Positions 19,307-29,763 are shown, counted from the stretch's first letter. The stretch is DNA of 64,000 nucleotides from a virus (IMGVR_UViG_3300035390_000014:32001-96000); one strand, 5' to 3'. The notes: generated by a model not told the origin, from the letters alone. Translations and numbers: made by a program.

Positions 19307-20197
19307 TTATTTAAAAATTCTTTTTGATATTTGCAAGATAGTAGCAAATTCAGTTTCATTATATCTATAATAAAACGCAGGAGATAGAGTTGGAGTTATA
19401 CCTGGAACATCACTGGTTGTTAATACTGCTATAAATCTAACACAATCTTCAACAGCAGGAATAAAATGTATAGTTAACATTCTTAATATTTTTGAAACAA
19501 AGTTATATTTACCAACACCAGGAAAAACTTTTAATTTATCTAAAGCTTTTATAAAATCATTTACATTACTAAAATCAAATGATCTTAATAAATCTATATC
19601 AGCTTTGTAATTATAAGCAGTTGCTATTGATGCATTTTGAAATAATCTATCACCTTTTATATTAAAAAATGCAGCATAAACATAACAAGAAATCATAAAT
19701 TTTAATTTTGGAATTTGAGTTGAATAAATACCAATTAACCCATATTCTTTGCCAAAGATTCTAATAAAAACAGATAATAAATAAGCAGTTATATGACCTG
19801 CAAATCTATCAGGAATAGCTTGTTTTGTTACCAATTCTTTTAAACATATACCATATACTAAACAACCATATAAATCTCTTGATGTTGGATTCATAGTTGA
19901 AATTTCTTTAGTGTTAAAAGAACTTAAATTTATAATAACTTGTTTAGTAGGTTTATTATAAGTAACTGGTAATGGATAATTAGGCATATAAACTATTTCA
20001 ATTTCATTTTTACCAGAATTTAAAAGTTGATAAACTTTAGTTTTTGTATAATGGTTAACCCTCTTTTCCAGTAAACTTAAAATTGAATGTAATGTTTCTA
20101 TTCCATCATCAACTATAAATGCTTGCAAACTAGATGAGGAAACATTAAGAATATTTGGTATATCTTTTAATAGAGTGAATTTATCTATAATTACCAA
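19307..20197 (-). CDS. Hypothetical protein
   Basis: 296 aa ORF within the baseplate operon. Confidence 0.8.
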   Translation of the reverse strand: MVIIDKFTLLKDIPNILNVSSSSLQAFIVDDGIETLHSILSLLEKRVNHYTKTKVYQLLNSGKNEIEIVYMPNYPLPVTYNKPTKQVIINLSSFNTKEISTMNPTSRDLYGCLVYGICLKELVTKQAIPDRFAGHITAYLLSVFIRIFGKEYGLIGIYSTQIPKLKFMISCYVYAAFFNIKGDRLFQNASIATAYNYKADIDLLRSFDFSNVNDFIKALDKLKVFPGVGKYNFVSKILRMLTIHFIPAVEDCVRFIAVLTTSDVPGITPTLSPAFYYRYNETEFATILQISKRIFK

Positions 20198-20580
20198 TTT
20201 ACTGCCTCCAAGTCATCTGGTGAAAGTTCAGGAAATTTATCAATTAATATATCTGAAATATAAGACATTTTTGGAATTATTATTTCATTTAAATTAAATT
20301 GCTCAACACAAAAAACTCCATTCACATACATTAATAATGGAGCCAATACAACTGTTCCATATTCATCAAATGATAAATAATCAGGTCTCATATTATATTT
20401 TAATTCAAATTTCTTTTTAGTAGAATTTGCTGTAAGAAAAAATAAATGTTTTTCCAACATCCAAAATAATGGAGACGGAAACGTCACACTCCCTTTAACA
20501 TTTTTATATGAAGTACCCATATAATCTAAACTAGTTGGCATTAGTTTATTTTTGCTAGCTTCCTGATCTATAGTAAACAT
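20191..20580 (-). CDS. Baseplate wedge protein, gp53/LysM-like
   Basis: KYNMRPDYLSFDEYGTVVLAPLLMYVN matches the RPxxLxxxxYG...LLxxN pattern. Confidence 0.7.
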   Translation of the reverse strand: MFTIDQEASKNKLMPTSLDYMGTSYKNVKGSVTFPSPLFWMLEKHLFFLTANSTKKKFELKYNMRPDYLSFDEYGTVVLAPLLMYVNGVFCVEQFNLNEIIIPKMSYISDILIDKFPELSPDDLEAVNW

Positions 20581-20584
20581 TTAT

Positions 20585-21229
20585 TTATCCCTCGTTAATT
20601 GCTTGATCATTATGACCAGGATAATCATCTCTCGTCCACCCACAATTAGATTCAGTTACTGATAGTCTTTGCATGATAACATCTAAATCTTCATCATCCA
20701 TAGATTTTGAGTATTCGTCGAGAAATGCTTTGTAGTTTCCTTTGATTACACTAACTGGAACTCCTAAAAAACCATTATGAAATTTTTCATGAATAGATTT
20801 AATTAATGTAACATATCCAACTTTATTTTGAAAATGATACTTTATTGCTTCTAATGAAACATCAAATGTAGAAAACTCTTTTTCTTCATCCATCATTTTA
20901 TTTGCGATAGATTTAACTAAAACAAATAAACTCGGAATATGATGATGTACCTCTATTGTACATTGATCCATTCTTTCATTGGTAATCATACAAGTCTGGA
21001 CCCCTAACACATCAATTATATAGTTTCTCCATTGTTTATATTCAATACTACTTCTAATATTTCTTTCACAATTTCTTATAAATTTTACATACTCCGCTTC
21101 ATTCTCAAAACTTCCAATTCGTAGAGGTAGTCTAAATGGGTATTGGTCACTATATAATTCTAAACCTTCTACCTCAGCATCAATTTCAATATTATCTGTC
21201 TCTAGTTTATTTAAATCAATCCCCGTCAT
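20585..21229 (-). CDS. His-Me finger (HNH-like) protein
   Basis: CMIT...TIEVHHH...TLIKSIHEKFHNG. Confidence 0.55.
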   Translation of the reverse strand: MTGIDLNKLETDNIEIDAEVEGLELYSDQYPFRLPLRIGSFENEAEYVKFIRNCERNIRSSIEYKQWRNYIIDVLGVQTCMITNERMDQCTIEVHHHIPSLFVLVKSIANKMMDEEKEFSTFDVSLEAIKYHFQNKVGYVTLIKSIHEKFHNGFLGVPVSVIKGNYKAFLDEYSKSMDDEDLDVIMQRLSVTESNCGWTRDDYPGHNDQAINEG

Positions 21230-23072
21230 CTCCTTTACCTCCTTCCATTGCTTTAGCCATAATATTCAGAGCAAGAAAAATTGATCCAACAATTACAATA
21301 ACTGGCCAAGCAGAATAAATAGCACCACCAACAACTGGAGCGGCTTGTGCTAGAAAATATAAAACAATTGTAACCCCACCACCCATAAAGAATAAACCAA
21401 GTATTGCAAATATAAATGCAACTTTTAAGTCATTAGCAAAAGCATCATTATCTTCTTCTAATGTTTTAGTTTTTGATCTAGTATCCATTACAACTTTTTT
21501 CAAGTCATTTTTAAAATTATAATTTTTATTTTTATTCATTGTAGCCATACTTGCTAATAACCCAGACCCAATTTTTAAAATAGAATCATCTAGTTGAGGT
21601 AATGAATTTTTGAATACTCTAAACGCTAAATCATAATTCTTTTTATATTGTTTATCTACTACTTTTGCTTTATCAATAGCTTTATTTAAATCAATTCTTT
21701 TATTAGATGGATTAAATTTTTTAACAATCATGCTTGCTTTTTTATAATCTTTTCTTTTAAATGCACTAGTGATACTTTTGAAATCTGAAATCATTGTTTT
21801 AGGATTTTCTTTTAATTTATTAAGAATATCTGGTAAAACACTTTCATTTAAAGCTGATTCAGAGATTAAAATATCCTGAGAATATTTATCTAATTTTTGA
21901 CGTGCTAAGCTATCTGTAATCATTGATTCTTTTCTCCTTGTCATTCTAAATAAAGGTCCTGCTGATTTTCTTACATCTTCAATATCTTGATATACTTGAG
22001 ATTGGGATCTTGCATCAGAATATAGAAAACCATAGTTTACCATAGAACACATACCTCTATAGTCCTTCATACAAAAATGAACTACTTTATTAATATCATC
22101 CGCTATAATAAACGAAGTCCAACCAAGTGAAAATAACTTTTTAACACCAGAAGCACTATGAGTGAAATCTTCTTCCAAATCCATTTTATTTAATAATACA
22201 AACATATTATTTTTAAATGCTGTGTTCTGTAGTATTATATCATTTTTCCAATTTTTACTAACTGTACCCTTTTCTAAATCTTTATCAACAAATCCAGTCC
22301 ATGAAAACATAAGACCAATTGTTCTCTTCCAAGTTGAATTAGCTAATCTGTGCATAAAACGTAATACTTTTCTTGCTTGAACATGAACATTTTTACTCAG
22401 TTTACTTCTATATCTATCAATGGTCATTAATTTAACTAAGGATTGTTCATTATCAATAACAAAAGGTATAACCTTAACACCTATTGCTTTAGTATTGCCT
22501 TGTTGATCTGTTACAGTATTCCAAGTAGGAGATGTATTTATAGAATCAGCATCCAGTCTACCAATACTAGGCGGCTCATTTACAACCTGACCTTTTTTGG
22601 CATCATACTCACCTTTAGTTTTTTGAACAGCATCCTTATATGGATCTCTCTTTTCTGGTCTGGGTGGAGCTGGAGATCTTGTTTTTCTATATCCAGTTTC
22701 CATACCAGTTGCATCATAATCAGTAGTACTTGTGGTATTCATTACTTGTGTTTGATTTTTAGATTTTGGAGCTTCTGTAAGAAATTCATCATCAGAATAC
22801 CAATTTTCCAATGACCAATCTTCAGCAATATAATCATCTATGCTTTCACCAGGGTCTAAGTTTTCTAACCTTAGTTGCATTTTATTACCAATATTTTTCA
22901 TTGAAATATATACAGAATCTTTTAAATTCTGATTTTTAATATTTTGATTAGCTGCTTCTATTACATTATCTATATCATTAATATATACATATTTTTCAAG
23001 AGCTTTACATACACCAGGCAAAATATTTGGATTAACTGTTTTTGATACTATTAATGGATATGTAACGATCAT
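21216..23072 (-). CDS. Large predicted virion protein with internal protease-like sites and C-terminal TM helices
   Basis: FLTE/A and ALNE/S; the C-terminal ~200 aa are similar in layout to 4309-4866 and 9304-9999. Confidence 0.6.
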   Translation of the reverse strand: MIVTYPLIVSKTVNPNILPGVCKALEKYVYINDIDNVIEAANQNIKNQNLKDSVYISMKNIGNKMQLRLENLDPGESIDDYIAEDWSLENWYSDDEFLTEAPKSKNQTQVMNTTSTTDYDATGMETGYRKTRSPAPPRPEKRDPYKDAVQKTKGEYDAKKGQVVNEPPSIGRLDADSINTSPTWNTVTDQQGNTKAIGVKVIPFVIDNEQSLVKLMTIDRYRSKLSKNVHVQARKVLRFMHRLANSTWKRTIGLMFSWTGFVDKDLEKGTVSKNWKNDIILQNTAFKNNMFVLLNKMDLEEDFTHSASGVKKLFSLGWTSFIIADDINKVVHFCMKDYRGMCSMVNYGFLYSDARSQSQVYQDIEDVRKSAGPLFRMTRRKESMITDSLARQKLDKYSQDILISESALNESVLPDILNKLKENPKTMISDFKSITSAFKRKDYKKASMIVKKFNPSNKRIDLNKAIDKAKVVDKQYKKNYDLAFRVFKNSLPQLDDSILKIGSGLLASMATMNKNKNYNFKNDLKKVVMDTRSKTKTLEEDNDAFANDLKVAFIFAILGLFFMGGGVTIVLYFLAQAAPVVGGAIYSAWPVIVIVGSIFLALNIMAKAMEGGKGDDGD

Positions 23073-23086
23073 ATTTTCATCCTTTA

Positions 23087-23989
23087 TTACAATAGAAATA
23101 CAGATTTAACATCTTTTTCTTTTGGATCTTTTTTAGCTGAATCTTTTTTGCAATATTTTTTATATTGGCACCAATGACATTGCTCTTTATCTGAATTTAT
23201 AGTATCTGGTACAATATCATTTTTTAAACAATCAATCAACATTGGTCCATAACTTAAATATTTTATAGCTGTTTTATCATCTAAAGGTAAATCAAATGGT
23301 ATAATTCTTTTTAAATTTCTAATTATATAAACTATGGTTATTGTATCAATTTTATAATTATATTCAGAATTTAAAAGATAGGCATATATTAACCCTTGTA
23401 AATAATGAGCTAAAAGATATTCACCTTTAAATTTAGAATCATCTATAGTTTTATATTCAATTAAAAAATTATCTCTTATGCCATCAACACGACCTTTAAC
23501 TTTATATTTTTCAGAAATAAGAGTTTTTTCAACTTCAGTGTGGTCGTACAATTCCTGAATTAAATCATGAACTGTATTACCAACTTTATTTATCATATAT
23601 AAATAAGAAAAATTATATTCTTTAGATATATCAATTTCATATTTTTTTCTTACATAATAAGTTTTTCTTAAACAATTAAATAATTCGGTAACAGAAATGT
23701 ACGGTCTGTTATAACTTTGCATCTTTTTATGGTTGTCTATCAATTTTGCTCTCATAAGAGACTCAAAATTGTTTACAACAAACCCCCTTGAAGTCTGTAT
23801 CGGTTTGTTATTAAATTTAACATCCGAATAAACACCTTCAAGGGAGTCTTTTATTAGTTGCTTTGTATTTACAGAAGCCTTTTCTTTTTCAATTTTGATA
23901 TTACTACTTTTTTTAATTGAAGAAGTTTTATCTGTTTCATCGTCAAGATATTTTAATAAAGTTTCATATTGATTACTTTGTAAGCTCAT
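23087..23989 (-). CDS. Cas4-like/RecB-family PD-(D/E)xK exonuclease
   Basis: ISVTELFNCLRK, GNTVH, KGRVDG...IEYKT, QGLIY, CHWCQYKKYC (four-Cys Fe-S layout). Confidence 0.88.
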   Translation of the reverse strand: MSLQSNQYETLLKYLDDETDKTSSIKKSSNIKIEKEKASVNTKQLIKDSLEGVYSDVKFNNKPIQTSRGFVVNNFESLMRAKLIDNHKKMQSYNRPYISVTELFNCLRKTYYVRKKYEIDISKEYNFSYLYMINKVGNTVHDLIQELYDHTEVEKTLISEKYKVKGRVDGIRDNFLIEYKTIDDSKFKGEYLLAHYLQGLIYAYLLNSEYNYKIDTITIVYIIRNLKRIIPFDLPLDDKTAIKYLSYGPMLIDCLKNDIVPDTINSDKEQCHWCQYKKYCKKDSAKKDPKEKDVKSVFLL

Positions 23990-24536
23990 GAGCCTCTAAA
24001 ATAAATAAAGCTGATTCAACCAAATTATCACGAAGAACCTTATAAGCATCTTCAATAATTTGACCATCCCACTCATTTAATTTTTCAGTTTGTGTTGATT
24101 CCCCTAACGCTCGTCCAACAAGAAGATTATCTACTGCTAAACCAAAAGCTTTCTTTCTAATAGCTTCTCTTACTTCATCTTGAATGTTTAGATCTGCATT
24201 TTCTTCAAGAGCTTCTTTTAGAGATGCCTTTACAGCATTACGACCTTGATCAGTTTCAACAAGTGCCTGAGCATTAGATCTAGCAATTTTAGCTGATTCT
24301 CTTGCTTGAAATCTAAGATCGTTTGTATTTATTTTATCCATGGTGGCAACAGGATTATGATCAATGATACCATACATTTCAATCATCAGTGACATAAAGG
24401 CACCTTTAACTGTCATATAATCTTCTGCTAATGCCTCGCAACATGCTTTCATTTTTTGGACTGGTTTTCCAAAGAAAACATTATCAAGTGCATAAAAATT
24501 TTCAAGAACTCTTATTTTACTTTCTTTTTGTAACAT
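23973..24536 (-). CDS. Hypothetical helical protein
   Basis: 187 aa ORF with AGGAGGAG RBS. Confidence 0.8.
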   Translation of the reverse strand: MLQKESKIRVLENFYALDNVFFGKPVQKMKACCEALAEDYMTVKGAFMSLMIEMYGIIDHNPVATMDKINTNDLRFQARESAKIARSNAQALVETDQGRNAVKASLKEALEENADLNIQDEVREAIRKKAFGLAVDNLLVGRALGESTQTEKLNEWDGQIIEDAYKVLRDNLVESALFILEAHELTK

Positions 24537-24552
24537 ATTAAACTCCTCCTTA

Positions 24553-24840
24553 TTATAGATCTAGAAAACTAGAATCTTCATCCTCAATAATCTCAAGTAC
24601 AACTCGTCTTGTATCTTTTGGAAATTGAGTATTTTTTATTGCTAAAGTTAAGACTTTCAACGACTCAATGGTTCTACCTTTTTTTCCAATAATCTTTCCT
24701 AAATCTTCTTGATCACTTTTAATTTGTACAATAACAGATTTTGTAGAAACAGTTGTAGTAATCTTCACGTTTTCTGGATTGTCAACTATTTTTTTAATTG
24801 TAGATTCAACATAATCTTGTAGAATTTCAGACATATTCAT
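24553..24840 (-). CDS. khpA: KH-domain RNA-binding protein, KhpA-like
   Basis: IVDNPENVKI...EDLGKIIGKKGRTIESL (GxxG loop); size matches KhpA/UPF0109. Confidence 0.85.
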   Translation of the reverse strand: MNMSEILQDYVESTIKKIVDNPENVKITTTVSTKSVIVQIKSDQEDLGKIIGKKGRTIESLKVLTLAIKNTQFPKDTRRVVLEIIEDEDSSFLDL

Positions 24841-24884
24841 AATTTTTCCCCTTTTTAAAATAACATAAATAATATAGCATTCAT

Positions 24885-24900
24885 TTTAAATTTGTTCTAA
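24885..24900 (-). promoter_or_regulatory. Putative phage promoter (AGAACAAATTTAAA)
   Basis: Motif copy 45 bp upstream of khpA. Confidence 0.5.
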
Positions 24901-24930
24901 AAATATACTACCTTCAGAAGCTAACTTACA

Positions 24931-26166
24931 TTATGATACAGGTTCTACTAAAGTAGGGTCAATTATTTCAGTTTGTATACATTCTTTAACTGCTATATCA
25001 AATTTTTCTTTGAAAATGGGATCTTCTTTACATAGGGTTTCTAAATCTTTTGTTCGGAATTTTTTTTCTGGATATGATACTAGATAATTCCACGCGCCAC
25101 TTGTTAATCTTTTATGTTTTACCAAAAAATGGAAGTTAGTTCTAATATTATTAAATCCACGAACAAAGTCTCCAATCAATTCAACAGTCATGTTAGGAGG
25201 CATCAATTTATTCTTAACAGATGTTACACTAACAAGAATACCATCAAATCCATATTTAGCAGGATCTAACACACCTTTAGCTTTCATTTCAAGTAATACA
25301 AAAGCATTAAACTTTAATGACTGTCCGCCAGGTAATGATTTACCAGCACTAAGGAATCTCAATTCTTTAGCAGGAGCAAATTGACCCATTGCTAACTGTT
25401 CTCTCATTTGGTTAACAGCTAAGAAAGCAATGTTATATTTTGAACATTTAGCAATATATTTTGGAATTAAGAATGATAAAAGTCTTGCTTTAAAACCAAT
25501 AGCTTGGTTTAAATCCTCAACTTCTCTTTCTCTTTGAGATGAGGTATTAGCAATTGAGTCCCAACATAATATTGAAGGAATATCTGTAATACCTTTTTTC
25601 TCTTTGAATAAACACATCACTTCTAAATGTTTAAATACTTTTTCAACAGTGATATCTGTATACGGATTAATTTTGGGTTTATTAACTCCTAAGTTAGCCA
25701 ATCTTTGACTAGTAGTAGCTTCCTCAGAATCAAGAAAGGAAGTTAAACAACCTTTATGTTCTCTTTGAGCTGCACCCATAGTTTGAATTGTAAGCATTGA
25801 TTTACCAGATCCTGGATTACCAACAACAATTGACAACGCTCCAACGGGAAACCCACCACCTAACATAGCATCTAAAACATCAATCCCAGTTGATACAGTC
25901 ATTTTCTTTCCAACTTCAGCTTTCATTTCACCTTTAACTTCAATGAAATCATTGAACTCAGCATATAGATCAGCTAACTCATTAGCATCTTCTAGTTTTT
26001 TCTTATCAACTTTTGTTAAAATAATATCACTAGCATCAACTTTAATACTACTCAATGCCTCAGACATTTTAGCTGAATCTTCTGCCTTTAATTTTTCATC
26101 AGCTTCTATCGCTTCCTCAGAAATTATTACTTCCTCTGTATCTTCACTCTTCTTTTTATCAACCAT
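24931..26166 (-). CDS. RecA/UvsX-family recombinase
   Basis: Walker A GNPGSGKS, FLDSEEA, WDSIA, VNQMRE, PGGQSLKF, VKNK. Confidence 0.92.
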   Translation of the reverse strand: MVDKKKSEDTEEVIISEEAIEADEKLKAEDSAKMSEALSSIKVDASDIILTKVDKKKLEDANELADLYAEFNDFIEVKGEMKAEVGKKMTVSTGIDVLDAMLGGGFPVGALSIVVGNPGSGKSMLTIQTMGAAQREHKGCLTSFLDSEEATTSQRLANLGVNKPKINPYTDITVEKVFKHLEVMCLFKEKKGITDIPSILCWDSIANTSSQREREVEDLNQAIGFKARLLSFLIPKYIAKCSKYNIAFLAVNQMREQLAMGQFAPAKELRFLSAGKSLPGGQSLKFNAFVLLEMKAKGVLDPAKYGFDGILVSVTSVKNKLMPPNMTVELIGDFVRGFNNIRTNFHFLVKHKRLTSGAWNYLVSYPEKKFRTKDLETLCKEDPIFKEKFDIAVKECIQTEIIDPTLVEPVS

Positions 26167-26620
26167 TAAGAACTTCCTCCATTAATAATTCTGGGTTTGG
26201 ACCAGATTTTAATTTAGCTTTTTTCTTTGTGAGTTTATCTTTTTTAGATTCAAAATTTTCAATTTTTGAGGCAAGTTTTCGTACATCAATTAATTCATTT
26301 AAATCACCTTTACCAGTGACTTTTCTTCTAATATCAATTTCGTCTTTAGTAGTTTTAAGTAGCTCTTTTCTAATATCTAATAAAACATTAAACATAGCAA
26401 CTGCTGTTTTAATTTTATCCTCAAAAAATTTAGCATATCTAGCATTTAATTTTTCAGGAAATAATTTATCAATATCATTTTTAAGTATTTCTACATCCTC
26501 AACCATTTGTAATAATGCTTGTCTTTGTGTAGCAAAATCCTCTAACAAATTTTGAATTATTAATTCACCGTCAGAATTATCAGATTTAATTGATGTTATA
26601 TCATTCATTGCTTTTGCCAT
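26159..26620 (-). CDS. Hypothetical coiled-coil protein
   Basis: 153 aa ORF overlapping the RecA start. Confidence 0.75.
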   Translation of the reverse strand: MAKAMNDITSIKSDNSDGELIIQNLLEDFATQRQALLQMVEDVEILKNDIDKLFPEKLNARYAKFFEDKIKTAVAMFNVLLDIRKELLKTTKDEIDIRRKVTGKGDLNELIDVRKLASKIENFESKKDKLTKKKAKLKSGPNPELLMEEVLNG

Positions 26621-26622
26621 AG

Positions 26623-26823
26623 TTACTCCATGATAATTTTCATTTGACCTGTTTGATCAAGTTTATTTCTTTGTTGACCATTTTCAACAAAGACTCCATT
26701 TGTTACATAGTCACATTTAAATGAGACTAATCTATCTTGATCTGATCCAGCACATTCATTGAATGTATTATATGGACATGATGTACTATGTGGACATACC
26801 TGATTTGCTTCTAGTAATAACAT
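26623..26823 (-). CDS. Small Cys-rich hypothetical protein
   Basis: CPHSTSCPY...EC...KC; AGGAG RBS. Confidence 0.7.
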   Translation of the reverse strand: MLLLEANQVCPHSTSCPYNTFNECAGSDQDRLVSFKCDYVTNGVFVENGQQRNKLDQTGQMKIIME

Positions 26824-26835
26824 ATTTTTACTCCT

Positions 26836-28563
26836 TTATAAATCACATGTTCCGCTAACACATGCAACATCTAACATTTCTAAATCATGTTTAGCAGAAC
26901 CGGTTTTAAGATAATTAATTGCTTGATTTTTAGTTATCTTATTTAAAGGTTGTTCTCCCCTACACCCATCTTTATATACTGTAACTCCTTTTAAGTCATG
27001 TACATATTCAAGTAAGAGTCTACTTAAATCCTCTGATGTTGATTCTTTTGGAAGGTTAATTGTCTTTGATACAGATGCATCAACATACTTTTGAACAGTA
27101 CATTGAATATTAAAATGATCTTCTGGTTTAAGATCAAATGAATCTACAAACCATTCTGGTATTTCTTCGTTATTAGTAAGCATTTTTTCATACATTGGGT
27201 GAACATAAATTCTATTACCAACTCGATCTCTTCTTTCATATGCTTTAGCAAATAAAGGTTCACTTGAACTTGTATATGGGGTAAGAAGACTAATTGTACC
27301 TGTTGGTGCAATAGCTTGTATTGTACAATTTCTTATGCCATACTTCTTAATATCGAGTCTCATTGAGGCAGGGAGTTTCCTTATAAATGATGCCTTACCA
27401 TATAGAATCGGGTCAAAAGCAGGGAATGCACCCTTCTCAGCCGCTAATTCAATAGACGCCTCATAACATTTATTTCTAATAAATTGCATCAATCGTTCAA
27501 GTTCCATTATAGATTTTTCACTACCATAACGAACTTTTTTAGCAAATAAATATTCAGCTACACCAAGAACGCCAATGCCAATTCGTCTTGATTTATTAGC
27601 ATTAACCTCAATTTGTTTAAGTACATATTTATTACATTGAATTACATTATCAAGAAATCTTACAGCCAGTTTAATTGTTTGCTCTAATTTAACCCAGTTG
27701 GTATTAACAGAGCCAGTAATAAAATTAGGTAATACAAGGGATCCGAGATCACATACACCATAAGGTCCAAGAGTAGTTTCTCCACAAGGGTTAGTACCCA
27801 ATACTGGTTCAAAATAATAAGAATTATTTTTTGAAAAGTTTGTCCAATTGATAAGTCCGGGTTCTGCCGATGTCATCATATTTTCAACAATTTTATCCCA
27901 CACAACTTTAGCTTTAACTGTACCATATTTCTTTTGGTTAAATTTAAATGTCCAATCATCATTAGATTCAACTGCTTCTAAAAATTCATCATTAACATTT
28001 ACTGAAATATTAAAATGTGATAATCTTCCATGTACTAATTTAGCATCAATAAAGTCCATTACTTCTGGATGGCTAACGTCCACGTGTGCTATAGCAGCAG
28101 CTCTTCTTGCTCCACCACTTTCTATAGTATTAGCAACTCCATCAGCAGCTTCAACAAAACTAACTAGTCCAGATGAAATCCCACCTTTACCTAAAATTAC
28201 ATCACCTCTTGGTCTAAGTGATGAAAAATTACAACCAACTCCACCACCTTCTGACCAAAGAATAAGAGAATCTTTCATAAATTGCCCAATTTCTTCAATG
28301 CTATCACCTATTGGCAAATGGTAACAGTTAAATAAAGATCCTCTAGTTCTTGCAGCATTTCTTAGGATTCTACCACCTGGGAGAAAATCCATTGTTCCTA
28401 TCATCTCATGAAATGCATCTTTATATTTTGTTCTATTTGCCGTTTCTGGCGTAGCCATTGTATCAGCAACTCTTAGAGCACATGCATCCCAATCTTCACC
28501 TTTCATTAAATATCTACTAGTTGCTACTTCAAGTGCATTTCCAGTTAATTTAACTGATTTCAT
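26836..28563 (-). CDS. nrdJ: Class II (adenosylcobalamin-dependent) ribonucleotide reductase
   Basis: FLPGGRIL, LFNCY, GGGVGCNFS, TNPCGE, APTGTIS, SKTINLP, KGVTVYKDG; C-terminal CVSGTC and no C-terminal Tyr pair. Confidence 0.9.
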   Translation of the reverse strand: MKSVKLTGNALEVATSRYLMKGEDWDACALRVADTMATPETANRTKYKDAFHEMIGTMDFLPGGRILRNAARTRGSLFNCYHLPIGDSIEEIGQFMKDSLILWSEGGGVGCNFSSLRPRGDVILGKGGISSGLVSFVEAADGVANTIESGGARRAAAIAHVDVSHPEVMDFIDAKLVHGRLSHFNISVNVNDEFLEAVESNDDWTFKFNQKKYGTVKAKVVWDKIVENMMTSAEPGLINWTNFSKNNSYYFEPVLGTNPCGETTLGPYGVCDLGSLVLPNFITGSVNTNWVKLEQTIKLAVRFLDNVIQCNKYVLKQIEVNANKSRRIGIGVLGVAEYLFAKKVRYGSEKSIMELERLMQFIRNKCYEASIELAAEKGAFPAFDPILYGKASFIRKLPASMRLDIKKYGIRNCTIQAIAPTGTISLLTPYTSSSEPLFAKAYERRDRVGNRIYVHPMYEKMLTNNEEIPEWFVDSFDLKPEDHFNIQCTVQKYVDASVSKTINLPKESTSEDLSRLLLEYVHDLKGVTVYKDGCRGEQPLNKITKNQAINYLKTGSAKHDLEMLDVACVSGTCDL

Positions 28564-28608
28564 AAATGTTCCTCTCTATTTTAATTTTTGTATTTGTATC
28601 AGTTTTAG

Positions 28609-28624
28609 TATTAATTTGTTCTTA
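28609..28624 (-). promoter_or_regulatory. Putative phage promoter (AGAACAAATTAATA)
   Basis: Motif copy 45 bp upstream of nrdJ. Confidence 0.55.
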
Positions 28625-28721
28625 TTTTTTTAAATTGTTTCTAAAAACATGGAGTTTGATTCTAAAATTGGAAAAAAAATAGAAACAAACCCAGAGTGAG
28701 AATGTTTCTATTTTTCTATAC

Positions 28722-29219
28722 TTATAGTTTTTTTAGAATTTTATTAAATTTGGCAATTTGTCTTTGGTAGAATGTTTCTTCTTTAGGAGTAATTCTTAAT
28801 GGGGATGTTATATTTACTTTTGATTTAAATAAGATATAATTTTGCTGTTTAAATTTTTCATCACTTATATTACCAAGTGAAATTAAATGATATAACCCAT
28901 TAACTTTTCTCCCTTGCATAACTATAATAATATGAGATGATGTAAATTTATTTAATTGAGCTATACCTTGATCAAATAATTCTATATTACCACCACCATA
29001 TTCACCAGCAGGAATATCTCCTTTGAATAATGCTTCTTTTTCTGAATGAATATGTGTTTTAATTGCTAGTACTTTTTGATTTGGAACTAAAGGAACTGTT
29101 TTTGGAACAGCAAAAGAGTGCCAATGATCGCTTTTATTAGGATCTTCGAACCGAAGGTCTTGATGAAATCCGGCACGACGCGCCTTGTGATTATGAATTA
29201 CAAATCTTACTTTTTTCAT
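28722..29219 (-). CDS. Stand-alone LigD-type 3'-phosphoesterase (PE) domain
   Basis: RFVIHNHKARRAGFHQDLRFE, SFAVPK, LAIKTHIH, IPAGEYGGG. Confidence 0.88.
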   Translation of the reverse strand: MKKVRFVIHNHKARRAGFHQDLRFEDPNKSDHWHSFAVPKTVPLVPNQKVLAIKTHIHSEKEALFKGDIPAGEYGGGNIELFDQGIAQLNKFTSSHIIIVMQGRKVNGLYHLISLGNISDEKFKQQNYILFKSKVNITSPLRITPKEETFYQRQIAKFNKILKKL

Positions 29220-29221
29220 AT

Positions 29222-29761
29222 TTACCTCACAGCGTTTTTAACTCTAAATGCTAAAGTATTCCACCATTTTTCCCAACCTGGTTGTCCATACCATGATTTA
29301 GAAGCCACAATAAATCTAGGTCTTCCTTGTTGTCCTATTTTATAATCACATTTAGTAACACCATGATTTAAAGAATTTTTAATTTTATCCAAATATTTTG
29401 TATCACTATCTTTATTTGGCATAACTCTAAATACTATAAAAGAAACCCAATCCTTATCATGACCTTCACAAGATGCTCGCATTTCAATTTCTTTAATAGA
29501 ACTTAGATCATTTAACCATTTATTTTCTATGTGGATATCTATACTTAAACCTTTCCAGGATTTATGTTCAATATTTCCTGGGTATTGTCCTCTCATACCA
29601 GTAGGAGCTTTTTTTCCATAAACCATTTCATAAGCTGCCACAGGAGAAGGCACTCTGTCAGACCCACCTCTTTGACCCATACCTCTACCTTGACCACTAC
29701 CAGATCTATATAAGTCTGGAAATTCATTTAAATGAGTTAAATATTTATTTATCAATGTCAT
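29222..29761 (-). CDS. Hypothetical protein with SCEGH motif; predicted head-packaged
   Basis: MTLINKYLTHLNE N-terminus; IEMRASCEGH. Confidence 0.65.
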   Translation of the reverse strand: MTLINKYLTHLNEFPDLYRSGSGQGRGMGQRGGSDRVPSPVAAYEMVYGKKAPTGMRGQYPGNIEHKSWKGLSIDIHIENKWLNDLSSIKEIEMRASCEGHDKDWVSFIVFRVMPNKDSDTKYLDKIKNSLNHGVTKCDYKIGQQGRPRFIVASKSWYGQPGWEKWWNTLAFRVKNAVR

Positions 29762-29763
29762 GT

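Noticed and set aside
23087-23989. CRISPR-Cas locus suggested by the Cas4-like gene
   Set aside because: No repeat-spacer array or other cas genes seen. Solo Cas4-like nucleases are common in phage recombination modules. The 45383-45509 repeats have 4-15 bp gaps, too short for spacers.
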